This document shows, in pieces, positions 56,243 through 64,000 of a DNA stretch of 64,000 nucleotides; position 1 is the first letter of the stretch, and each line of letters opens with the position of its first letter. The notes beneath the pieces were generated by a model. It was not told the DNA's origin and ran no database searches. It saw only the letters and a program-made list of their open reading frames with translations. Origin of the DNA: Candidatus Shapirobacteria bacterium (GTDB taxonomy: Bacteria; Patescibacteriota; Microgenomatia; UBA12405); NCBI GenBank assembly GCA_041665485.1, contig JBAYIT010000001.1, forward strand, positions 73,884 through 137,883, in the 5' to 3' direction. A program made the translations under genes and the position numbers.

Positions 56243-56584
56243 TTATGTAAACTCCTTGGTGCGCTTGATGGCTAAATCCAACTCAGATCGGGGAGTTTTT
56301 TGACTTTTTTTGACAAAAACATTGGTAATCAAATAACGAGACTTGATAATTGAGAAAAATAATCTGAAATTAAACTTACCAACAATACGTAGTTCGTAAA
56401 TGGCTGGGTTAGCATAAATTTTTTTAACCCATTTGGTTTGCAGTAGTTGTAATTCATAAATATTTAGCAATTTAAGGCCGTTTCGAACTTTAACCTGATC
56501 TTGAGTGCCTAATTTCTCTATTTGATTAACGATAATTTCTTTACCGGAAACTGATTTATAAAAGACGATTTTGTCGTAGGACAT
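56243..56584 (-). CDS. RelE/ParE-superfamily toxin (HigB / phage Gp49-like)
   Basis: 'IYELRIVGKFNFRLFF' and a C-terminal 'KKSQKTPRSELDLAIKR' pattern typical of the Gp49/HigB family. Confidence 0.55.
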   Translation of the reverse strand: MSYDKIVFYKSVSGKEIIVNQIEKLGTQDQVKVRNGLKLLNIYELQLLQTKWVKKIYANPAIYELRIVGKFNFRLFFSIIKSRYLITNVFVKKSQKTPRSELDLAIKRTKEFT

Positions 56585-56636
56585 AATTTAATATACCGAA
56601 TAAAAGGCGAAGTGGCAATAATGATAAAATTGGATT

Positions 56637-57367
56637 ATGAAGAAAATGGAGAAAGTGAAAAAGATTTTGGAGAAGACGGGAAAATATTGGATTGGATTTG
56701 TGGGAGATTCGATAACCAGTTGCGAATGGGTGCATCCAAACTGGCGAGAGATTGTGGAGTATGTGCTGAAAGAAGAATTACAACCGAAGTTTGCTGATTG
56801 GCGGGTTCCCTCCTGGGGAATTAGATGTTTTAATTATGGGTTTGACGGAGCAACAACTGGAGATATATTAAAACTAATTTCCAATTACCAATTACCAATT
56901 TCCAACCTCAACCTAGTGATTAGTTTAATGGGAGGAAATGACAGATTGTTTGGAATAAAACCGGAAGAATCAAAAAAAATATTGAGAAAATAATTAAAAA
57001 ACTTGATGAGAGTGGTGTTGAAGTGGTGTGGTGTACTTCAATTCCGGCTTATTATCGGGCAGACAAAAACAAAGAATACGAGCCTTATGCTAAGGCAACT
57101 ATGGCAATTGAAAAATCAATGGGTGTTCAGATAATTAATATGTTTGAAAAATACAAACAATTTGACCTAGATCGTTTTTTTACGTTTAAATCGGAGGAAA
57201 ACCCAGAAGAGAGAGTAAAGGAGGGAGATTTAGATTTTTGGCATCCGAATCAGCTGGGAAATGCTTATATTGCCAAAATAATTTTGGGAGAAGTGTTTGG
57301 GGTGGAATTTGACCCGGAAAAATATATTAAAGAAAATTTGGCAGGAGAAAAATATCCGGGGTATTAA
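56637..57367 (+). pseudogene. SGNH/GDSL hydrolase split by a frameshift at an A8 homopolymer (56976-56983)
   Basis: Block I 'GFVGDSIT' and block III 'GGND' are in the first ORF. Block V 'DFWHPN' is in the second. Adding one A in the A8 run fuses the frames (PEESKKNIEKIIKKLDESGVEVVWCTS). Confidence 0.6.
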
Positions 57368-57720
57368 AGCTTGATGCCGGCTTGAGCGGCAGATTTTTTG
57401 AAAGAAGTGATGGCAAGTTCGCCATAGGCACAAAAAATACGTTCGAAAAGATCATCAAGAGCGGAAGCGGCGAAGTCTTCTTTGGAAAAAGACGGGCTGT
57501 AGGTGTAGGTGTTGCCCTGCATTATCCGTTTGACTATTTTTTTATCGGCCATACGTTTAAGGACAGTCATGATGGTGGTGTAGGCGTGTTTGCCTTCAAT
57601 TTTTTTTAAAACTTCGGCGGGTTTAAGGGCGGTTTTACTTTCCCAAAGAACTTCCATTATTTTTTGTTCAAGACCGCCTAAAAGCTGGCATTTACCGTTG
57701 CAGTGACATTCGCAGTTCAT
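57364..57720 (-). CDS. BlaI/MecI/CopY-family winged-helix repressor with Cys-rich N-terminal tag
   Basis: 'LEQKIMEVLWESKTALKPAEVLK...AYTTIMTVLKRMADKKIV', preceded by 'MNCECHCNGKCQ'. Confidence 0.55.
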   Translation of the reverse strand: MNCECHCNGKCQLLGGLEQKIMEVLWESKTALKPAEVLKKIEGKHAYTTIMTVLKRMADKKIVKRIMQGNTYTYSPSFSKEDFAASALDDLFERIFCAYGELAITSFKKSAAQAGIKL

Positions 57721-57739
57721 AAGTACTACTATTGTAGCA

Positions 57740-58003
57740 TTAATAGACTTCTTCGTGTTTGCCGAAATTTAAGAGCAAAATTCCGTCGGGAACATAAGTG
57801 AAAGTTAAGCGGAGACTACGGTTGAGGCTAATGCTCCAAACGTCACCGTTTTTACCAGACAACTTATGGAGACGAAGAGAATTGGTGTTGGGATTGTCTG
57901 TAAGATCATCGAGAGACTGGCGGATTTTGGCGGCTAATTTAGGTTGAGAACGACGAGATTTGTGAAGCTTTTTTAGGAAAATAGGAGTGAAGTAAAGTTT
58001 CAT
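57740..58003 (-). CDS. RelE/StbE-family toxin
   Basis: 87 aa. 'LRLTFTYVPDGILLLNFGKHEEVY' is a typical RelE/YafQ-type C-terminus. Overlaps the antitoxin gene by 4 nt. Confidence 0.55.
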   Translation of the reverse strand: MKLYFTPIFLKKLHKSRRSQPKLAAKIRQSLDDLTDNPNTNSLRLHKLSGKNGDVWSISLNRSLRLTFTYVPDGILLLNFGKHEEVY

Positions 58004-58248
58004 AGGTCAAACAACTCATCGACGGAATCAACCGAAGACAGTTTACCCTGTTGATATTGAGCGAGAGAGTCGCCCAAAAGCCGGTCGGCTTTAGTGCTTA
58101 AATGGGTAGATCTTTGGCTAACAACGCTGTCAACGGACTTGGAAATGAGGTATTTAACATAGCGGGTAATATCGTAACCAAAACGACTGGCAAGAAAAGA
58201 GAGGGAGGTGGCTTCGGCGGGAGTAAGAGTGATTTGTAGTTTAGTCAT
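58000..58248 (-). CDS. antitoxin (RelB/DinJ or Phd/YefM-like)
   Basis: 82 aa and upstream of the toxin in the same operon. Acidic C-terminus. Confidence 0.45.
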   Translation of the reverse strand: MTKLQITLTPAEATSLSFLASRFGYDITRYVKYLISKSVDSVVSQRSTHLSTKADRLLGDSLAQYQQGKLSSVDSVDELFDL

Positions 58249-58312
58249 GAATGAATTATAAATGTTTACTCAATGACTTGTCAAGTTTTGAAGATGGTGT
58301 TAGGATTAATCT

Positions 58313-58870
58313 ATGAAACAAACACAACAGAATCTTCTTAAGGCCTTTGCCGGTGAGTCACAGGCAAGGAATAAATATACAACTTTTGCCAAGATTGCCA
58401 GAAAGGAGAATTTGGAATGGGTGGCGAGGATTTTTGAGGAGACAGCTGATAACGAAAGAGTTCATGCGGAGGAATTGTTTGAAATGATCAATGAGCCGGT
58501 AGTAGTGCCGGGAGACTTGGCGATTGCCCCGTTTAGCAAAACAAGCGATAACCTAAAAATGGCGGCGGAGGGGGAAAAATATGAATGGACGCAAATGTAT
58601 CCTGACTTTGAGGCAATTGCCAAGGAAGAAGGCGAGACCGAGCCAACAAGACTGTTTGGAGAATTAAAAGAAGTTGAGGAGAAACACGAGGAAAGATATA
58701 TTATAATTGCTCGGAAACTTGATAGTAATACCCTTTACAATTCGGAGGCGGAGTTGGAATGGAAATGTTTAAATTGTGGCTATATTCACAAGGGGACAAC
58801 TCCCCCACCGACTTGTCCAGTCTGTAAAAAACCGTTGACATGGTATGCGGGGTTGGGATTGATAAGGTAA
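58313..58870 (+). CDS. rubrerythrin with C-terminal rubredoxin-like domain
   Basis: Ferritin-like 'LLKAFAGESQARNKY' with 'ERVHAEE' diiron ligands, and a C-terminal 'CLNCGY...CPVC'. Confidence 0.85.
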   Translation: MKQTQQNLLKAFAGESQARNKYTTFAKIARKENLEWVARIFEETADNERVHAEELFEMINEPVVVPGDLAIAPFSKTSDNLKMAAEGEKYEWTQMYPDFEAIAKEEGETEPTRLFGELKEVEEKHEERYIIIARKLDSNTLYNSEAELEWKCLNCGYIHKGTTPPPTCPVCKKPLTWYAGLGLIR

Positions 58871-58873
58871 TCG

Positions 58874-58908
58874 TAGATCCTAGATGCTAGATCTTAGATC
58901 CTAGATAC
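58874..58908. repeat. heptamer tandem array (TAGATCC TAGATGC TAGATCT TAGATCC TAGATAC)
   Basis: Five 7-mers between the convergent rubrerythrin and HAD genes. Related arrays lie at 47401-47430 and 55134-55168. Confidence 0.6.
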
Positions 58909-59501
58909 TTTTTTAAGTCGGAAAGGAGGCGGGGGTAGTTTTGATAAAGAATAGTGTTGAGGCCGAGGGGTTGGGCGGCGAGAATATTTTCTAAACCGTC
59001 GTCAATATATAAAACTTCCTTGAAGTTATAACCAGTGTGTTTGGGGATCTGCTGATAAAACTCTGGTTCGGGTTTACGAACACCAACTTGCCAAGAAATA
59101 ATTGAGCGGTGAAACAGTGAGGTGAGAGGTTGATTAATGTAGGGAAAAAGGAAGTTTTCAGCATTGGAAACCATAATTAGAGTAAATTTTGGTTTTAGTT
59201 GTTTTAGAAGTCTGATTAATCGGTGATTGAGATGTTTTTCAAACCGAGTTTGGCTAAGTGAATTTTTGAGGCAATTATCGATTTGCTGAGGGGTAATTTG
59301 AGGATTAATGGAGCGAGACCATTGGTAAATGTCGAGGTGATTGGTTTCAAAGTCACGATAAACCTCTTGATATTTTTGCCAATACGGGGCAAATTTGATA
59401 CCAAGCAAGGAAGCGTGGCGATGACGAAAATAGGTTAGGGGTTTTTTAAAATACCAAATGACATTGCCAACATCAAAGGCAAGACAACGGATCATGGCCA
59501 A
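58887..59501 (-). CDS. HAD-superfamily hydrolase
   Basis: Motif I 'LAFDVGNV' and motif IV 'YIDDGLENI'. Confidence 0.6.
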   Translation of the reverse strand: MAMIRCLAFDVGNVIWYFKKPLTYFRHRHASLLGIKFAPYWQKYQEVYRDFETNHLDIYQWSRSINPQITPQQIDNCLKNSLSQTRFEKHLNHRLIRLLKQLKPKFTLIMVSNAENFLFPYINQPLTSLFHRSIISWQVGVRKPEPEFYQQIPKHTGYNFKEVLYIDDGLENILAAQPLGLNTILYQNYPRLLSDLKKYLGSKI

Positions 59502-59518
59502 TGATAGTGGAAATTATT

Positions 59519-60751
59519 TTAGAGGTCTACAGGGCGGGAACAAATGTAAGTGATTAGTTTAGGTTTAGAGGTCAATTTGGCAAGTAATTGCCGAATGCTT
59601 GATTCTCGGAACCGCTGAGATAGCTTTAGATATTCTTCGGGCTTAATCCACCGGCCGTCATTGAGGAGGTAGCCGGATAAGCTACTAGCAATTTTGTCGG
59701 GAGAATCGTAGACATTGTTGATTTGAAGGTTAAGATAATTGATGGCGCGGGAGAACTCGGCCTCCGGAATGGGGGTGGAGACAAATTTGGCAATTTCGGC
59801 ATTAATCAGATCGCGGATTTGGAGATACTTAGTGGGATCGGCGGAAAAAAATAAACCAAAGTAGCCGGCCAACGGATACATACCAGTAACGGTTTCGAGG
59901 CGATAAACCAAACCGTTGGCGGTGCGGAGGAGTTTGAATAAGCGAGAGCTTTGACTGTCACCAAGAAGGGTGCGAAGTAATGAGTATTCCATTTGTTGAA
60001 AAATAGTGAGTTTGGCATCACCATGGTTTGGCCAAAACCAATGGAAAACACTACTGTCACTGTGGGCTTCGGAAAAATAGAGGGTGGAGGGGTCGAAATG
60101 GGTAGGAGGAATGGTCTCTTGGACAGCTGATCCAAGATGATTGGACAAAATTTGGTCGATGTGTTTAAGTACTGTTTCGGTGGGTACATTGCCTGAAGCT
60201 CCAATAAAAATGTTTGGTTTAACAAAATAGTGGCGGTGGAGGTTTTGGAGGTCGGCGGAGGTTAAAGTTTTAACGTAGTCAGGTTGGCCCAGGCCATCGC
60301 GAATGTACGGGTGTTCGGGGCCGTAAAGTTTTTGGTCAATTTGCCGATGGTATTTAACGTAAGGGGAAGACCACTTGTCTTGATATTCTTGATCAATAAC
60401 TTTAATTTCGTTGGCTAAGTCCGGCGAATCAAGAAGGGGATGGAAAAGAAGTTCGTCGATTAGTTCGAGGACCTGGCTAAGAGATTGGTCTGGAGCCTTA
60501 AGGTGAATGTTGATTTCGGAGTTAGAGGTGCTAAGGCCGACGTTGATGCCATGGTCTTCAAGGTGCTGACGAAACAGCTCTGAAGATGGGTATTTAGCAG
60601 TACCAAAAGCAGAAATGGCGTGCTCCAAGAGATGAAAAGCCCCCCAAGAAGGACCGGGTTCATAGCGGGAGCCGGCTTTAACTCGAATACTAACGGCGAT
60701 AGTTTTAACTCCGGACAAAGGATAAACAACTAGGTGGCGATTGGCTGACAT
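59519..60751 (-). CDS. M16-family (pitrilysin/insulinase-like) zinc peptidase
   Basis: Inverted zinc motif 'HLLEH'. About 410 aa. Confidence 0.65.
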   Translation of the reverse strand: MSANRHLVVYPLSGVKTIAVSIRVKAGSRYEPGPSWGAFHLLEHAISAFGTAKYPSSELFRQHLEDHGINVGLSTSNSEINIHLKAPDQSLSQVLELIDELLFHPLLDSPDLANEIKVIDQEYQDKWSSPYVKYHRQIDQKLYGPEHPYIRDGLGQPDYVKTLTSADLQNLHRHYFVKPNIFIGASGNVPTETVLKHIDQILSNHLGSAVQETIPPTHFDPSTLYFSEAHSDSSVFHWFWPNHGDAKLTIFQQMEYSLLRTLLGDSQSSRLFKLLRTANGLVYRLETVTGMYPLAGYFGLFFSADPTKYLQIRDLINAEIAKFVSTPIPEAEFSRAINYLNLQINNVYDSPDKIASSLSGYLLNDGRWIKPEEYLKLSQRFRESSIRQLLAKLTSKPKLITYICSRPVDL

Positions 60752-60759
60752 GACTTATT

Positions 60760-61617
60760 TTAACGCATTTTTTGGCAACTAGGGCAAAAGAAGGTGCCAC
60801 GGCCGCCAAGAGTAAAACGCTCGATCTTGGCATTACAAACCAAACAAGACTCCCCTGCTCGTTGGTAAACACGAAATTGAAATTGATTTTCCCCAGGAGA
60901 ACCGTCGGGACGAACATATTTATTGTCTTTGGCGGTGGAGCCGCCGGCGAGGATTGATTGGTTGATAACAAGTAGAACAGACTTATGGAGCGCTAGTGCT
61001 CTAGTTCGCTGGATTTGATTTGCTGGATTCTTTGGGTGGATTTTGGCTAAAAAGAGGGCGTCGTTGGCATAAATGTTGCCTATACCAGCAAAGACTGATT
61101 GGTCAAGAAGAACTGATTTGATTGGTGCCCTAGTTCGCTGGAGCGCTAGGTAAAAATAGTTAAAAATGAACTTAGGATCGAGGACGTCAATGCCAAGATG
61201 GTGTTGGAATTGTGTGAGCGAATCCTTGGTAAAAATTTTTATCCAACCAAATTTGCGCTGATCGTTAAAGAAAAGAATGGATTTGTCGGAAAAATGAAAA
61301 ATGACGCGAGTAGATTTATTAGGGAGGTTTTGGGAAAGAGAATCTTTAGTTGGATGGCCTAAAACGGTACGCGACTGGCTTTGATAAATAAGTTGGCCGG
61401 TCATTTTGAGGTGGAATAATAGAATTAAATTATTGGAAAGATGGACGGATAATTGCTTACCATGGCGAGTGAATTTAGTAATTTTTTGGCCTTCGACGAA
61501 CTTAGGGTCGCCATCAAAAGATTTGGGGGTGAGAATGTCAAGAGAAATAATTTTTTGATTGAGAACAGCGACTTCTAAAAAGCGTTTGACGGTTTCGACT
61601 TCGGGTAACTCGGGCAT
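60760..61617 (-). CDS. mutM: formamidopyrimidine-DNA glycosylase / endonuclease VIII family
   Basis: N-terminal 'MPELPEVETV' and C-terminal zinc finger 'CLVCNAKIERFTLGGRGTFFCPSCQ'. Confidence 0.8.
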   Translation of the reverse strand: MPELPEVETVKRFLEVAVLNQKIISLDILTPKSFDGDPKFVEGQKITKFTRHGKQLSVHLSNNLILLFHLKMTGQLIYQSQSRTVLGHPTKDSLSQNLPNKSTRVIFHFSDKSILFFNDQRKFGWIKIFTKDSLTQFQHHLGIDVLDPKFIFNYFYLALQRTRAPIKSVLLDQSVFAGIGNIYANDALFLAKIHPKNPANQIQRTRALALHKSVLLVINQSILAGGSTAKDNKYVRPDGSPGENQFQFRVYQRAGESCLVCNAKIERFTLGGRGTFFCPSCQKMR

Positions 61618-61685
61618 AAATTAGTATAAAGTTATAAAATAAAAAGTTGAAAGCAAAGGTAGATTATAGACTGTATTGCGAAGTT

Positions 61686-62606
61686 TTATGTTAAATCGTC
61701 GAGGGAGAGGACGGAAATGAATTTGTTGCGAGCTAGATGACCCAGAGCGACAGACATATCGTCGAGACCGTAGACAATATCAGTAAAAGAGTTAAGAAAG
61801 GCTTGAGTTTGGGTGACATAACCAATAATAAGGATTAGGTCGGAAACATGGATGGTTCCGGAAAATACCTGAGATACTTGAAAAAATAGAAAAATGAAAT
61901 AAAAGACGACGGCGGTGTTTTGAAGAAAAAACCACTCAATAAAGGTCCAATTAGTAAGGCGATGAAAATGGCGGGTGTAGGTGGACTGTTCGAGATCGAT
62001 GTCGTTGCTTTCTTGAAGTTTGGCATAATAGTCTTCGGTCTTGGTGTTTTGATAATCGCGAAGTTCTTTATAACGCTGACTAGTGTAGTAATTAACAAAA
62101 GAGTAAATAGTAATATAGCTAATAATTAGGATAAAAGAACGAAAGTCAACAAAAAAAAGAGCAACAGGAATAAAGAGGACGGAAACAATACTGTCAACTC
62201 CGGGTTGTTTGAAAGAAGTGAGAGCTTTGATAGTGGCATCGGCAAAATTACGAATAGCCTGAATGCTGGCGTGGCGATCTTCTTTGGTTTCGGGCTTAAA
62301 GTCAACTAAAAAGAAATTATGGATATCAAAAGAGAGATTGCTGATGAGGTAGTCGATCTGGGTGGTGGAGCGAAGACGGAGAAAATTGTCGAGAAGACGA
62401 ACTGCCAGTATAGAGACCAAATAGACGAACAAGGAATGAAAATCGGTTTTGTTTTCAATGAGCTTGATGAGATGGGAAAATTGGTAAATGGTTACCAGAG
62501 GTAAGGTGGCGGAAACGAAGCGAACGAAAAGCCAGAAAAATAACTCCCCTTTTTGCTTTGAGGTATTAAGGATGAAGATAACTGATTTAATGGTTTTGGA
62601 TGTCAA
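61686..62606 (-). CDS. ABC exporter transmembrane-domain-only protein (no NBD; possibly truncated)
   Basis: Six-TM ABC_membrane-like layout. The ORF stops where an NBD would begin, and the next gene (fpg) starts 69 nt later. Confidence 0.4.
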   Translation of the reverse strand: MTSKTIKSVIFILNTSKQKGELFFWLFVRFVSATLPLVTIYQFSHLIKLIENKTDFHSLFVYLVSILAVRLLDNFLRLRSTTQIDYLISNLSFDIHNFFLVDFKPETKEDRHASIQAIRNFADATIKALTSFKQPGVDSIVSVLFIPVALFFVDFRSFILIISYITIYSFVNYYTSQRYKELRDYQNTKTEDYYAKLQESNDIDLEQSTYTRHFHRLTNWTFIEWFFLQNTAVVFYFIFLFFQVSQVFSGTIHVSDLILIIGYVTQTQAFLNSFTDIVYGLDDMSVALGHLARNKFISVLSLDDLT

Positions 62607-62685
62607 TGATTTAGTATATAAGAAACAAGGAACTTGGTACTAGGAGCTAGGGACAAGAAGTAAGAAATAAGATAAAATACAGCCT

Positions 62686-63696
62686 ATGCAGGATAATGTT
62701 TACGATACGATCATTGTCGGATCAGGACCGGCGGGATTAACGGCGGCGATATATAATGTCCGATCGGCACTGAAAACAATTGTGGTTGCCGGAAACCAGC
62801 CAGGGGGACAATTGACACTAACAACAACGGTGGATAATTTTCCAGGATTTCCAGAAGGGGTTGGCGGGGTTAAGTTGATGATGGATACCCAGCAACAGGT
62901 GAGGAATTTAGGAGTGACTATTCGTAACAACTCTGTTACGAAAATAACCAATAACCAAAAAACAATTTCCAAACAAGTTCCAATAACCAATTTTCCAAGT
63001 TCCAAACTATTTGAAGTTGAATTGGATAATGGGGAAAAATTGCAGGCAAGGGCGGTGATTGTGGCAACGGGAGCGAGGGCAAAGTGGCTCCAGATTCCAA
63101 AAGAAAGAGAGTTAGTTGGGAAAGGAGTATCGGGATGCGCTACTTGTGATGGGATGTTTTTTAGGGACAAAACGGTAGTGGTGGTGGGCGGTGGAGAAAC
63201 AGCGGTAGAGGACGCGGAGTTTTTAGCTAGAATGGCAAAAAAAGTTTATATAATTCACCGAAGAGATGAATTAAGAACCAGCGCCTCGGCACAAAAAAGA
63301 GTGTTTGCAAATCCAAAAATTGAAATGGTGTGGAATAGTGAAGTGGTGGAAATCAATTGTCAGTTATCAGTTACGAGTTACGAGTTAGAAAAGTTACAAA
63401 ATATAAAAATAAAGAACAACAAAACTGGGGAAGAAAAGATAATGGAAATTGAGGGATTGTTTGTGGCGATTGGGAGGCAACCGGAGACGGAGTTTGTTAA
63501 GGATTTAGTGGAATTAAGAGATGAGGGTTATGTAGTGACTGGGAAAAATCCAGAATATCCGATGATGACAACACTGGAAGGAGTTTTTGCCGCCGGTGAC
63601 TGCATGGATTCTATATACAGACAGGCGATTGTGGCGGCAGGAGCGGGGGCAAGGGCGGCACTGGATGCGGAGAGATGGCTGAAGAATGGAAGTTAG
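62686..63696 (+). CDS. trxB: thioredoxin reductase
   Basis: 'IVGSGPAGLTAAIY', redox-active 'CATCDG', 'VVGGGETAVEDA' and 'GVFAAGDCMD'. Contains two embedded heptamer arrays. Confidence 0.85.
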   Translation: MQDNVYDTIIVGSGPAGLTAAIYNVRSALKTIVVAGNQPGGQLTLTTTVDNFPGFPEGVGGVKLMMDTQQQVRNLGVTIRNNSVTKITNNQKTISKQVPITNFPSSKLFEVELDNGEKLQARAVIVATGARAKWLQIPKERELVGKGVSGCATCDGMFFRDKTVVVVGGGETAVEDAEFLARMAKKVYIIHRRDELRTSASAQKRVFANPKIEMVWNSEVVEINCQLSVTSYELEKLQNIKIKNNKTGEEKIMEIEGLFVAIGRQPETEFVKDLVELRDEGYVVTGKNPEYPMMTTLEGVFAAGDCMDSIYRQAIVAAGAGARAALDAERWLKNGS

Positions 63697-63736
63697 GTAT
63701 GTGGTACGTGGAACGAGGAACTAGAAGTAGGTGTTT

Positions 63737-64000
63737 AGACAAGGGTGATTTGGAGTTTTTTGCCGAGGGCGGTGGCGACCTTGGTTAGAAGGGCTAGTGA
63801 GGGGTTGAAGGACATGGCTTCGAGGCGGGAAACGACCGCTTGAGTGGTGTTAGCTTTTTTGGCCAGTTGGCTTTGAGAGAGTTTTTGGGCGAGGCGAGTT
63901 TCAATAAGCTGACAAGTAAGACAATATTCAGGCTCCCCTTCTTCCCAAATATGTTTGAATTCGGGATTTTTGAGGGATTCTTTAAGGTGTTGGCGGAAAG
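63737..64000 (-). CDS. XRE-family HTH protein (HigA-like), 5' end outside the window
   Basis: 'LSQSQLAKKANTTQAVVSRLE' HTH. The stop is at 63737. The ORF runs off the window edge. Confidence 0.4.

Noticed and set aside
47401-58908. Heptamer arrays as CRISPR repeats
   Set aside because: The unit is only 7 bp and is tandem without spacers. No cas genes are present. This is not a CRISPR array.

Overview
This 64 kb window is an AT-rich, gene-dense bacterial chromosomal segment. Genes are short, tightly packed and often overlapping, and there are many membrane proteins and hypothetical proteins. By inference only, this suggests a reduced-genome lineage, possibly CPR/Patescibacteria-like. The standard genetic code is in use: TGA and TAA both act as stop codons in well-conserved genes.

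Recognisable housekeeping genes are clpB, purF, glyA, trxA, trxB, fpg/mutM, pepF, a malic enzyme gene, dgkA, queC and queE. There are four tRNA genes: Arg-GCG, Ser-CGA, Arg-CCG and Ser-GGA. A two-component system, an ABC-F ATPase and four paralogous MFS-like transporters are also present. I saw no rRNA and no CRISPR array.

The accessory or unusual content is as follows:

- An eight-gene overlapping operon on the minus strand (4238-11430) joins queE-queC-glyA to a kinase, a GT8-like glycosyltransferase, a Gfo/Idh oxidoreductase, a DegT aminotransferase and a SAM methyltransferase. It lies behind a strong sigma70-like promoter and a structured leader.
- A primase-polymerase/SF2-helicase fusion reading frame (11920-14097) is intact except for two in-frame TAA codons. 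Degraded ORF fragments lie next to it, consistent with a decaying mobile-element replication module.
- Several families of 28-40 bp degenerate heptamer tandem arrays recur at 2-3 loci each. They occur in different frames, on both strands, and in both coding and intergenic DNA.
- Two tRNA genes are each preceded by a partial copy of their own 5' end. Each copy is interrupted by a homologous CCCGCC-initiated GC hairpin of about 30 nt.
- A shared promoter-operator palindrome precedes a metallothionein-like mini-ORF and a permease-cupredoxin gene.
- A CsoR/CstR-family repressor and trxA form an operon with an operator embedded in its promoter. An XRE regulator is preceded by tandem palindromic operators.
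- There are two toxin-antitoxin pairs.
- Two genes appear frameshifted: a DUF1295-like gene and an SGNH hydrolase gene, the latter at an A8 homopolymer.
- A GC-rich gene (33263-34948) carries an HExxH motif and may be horizontally acquired.
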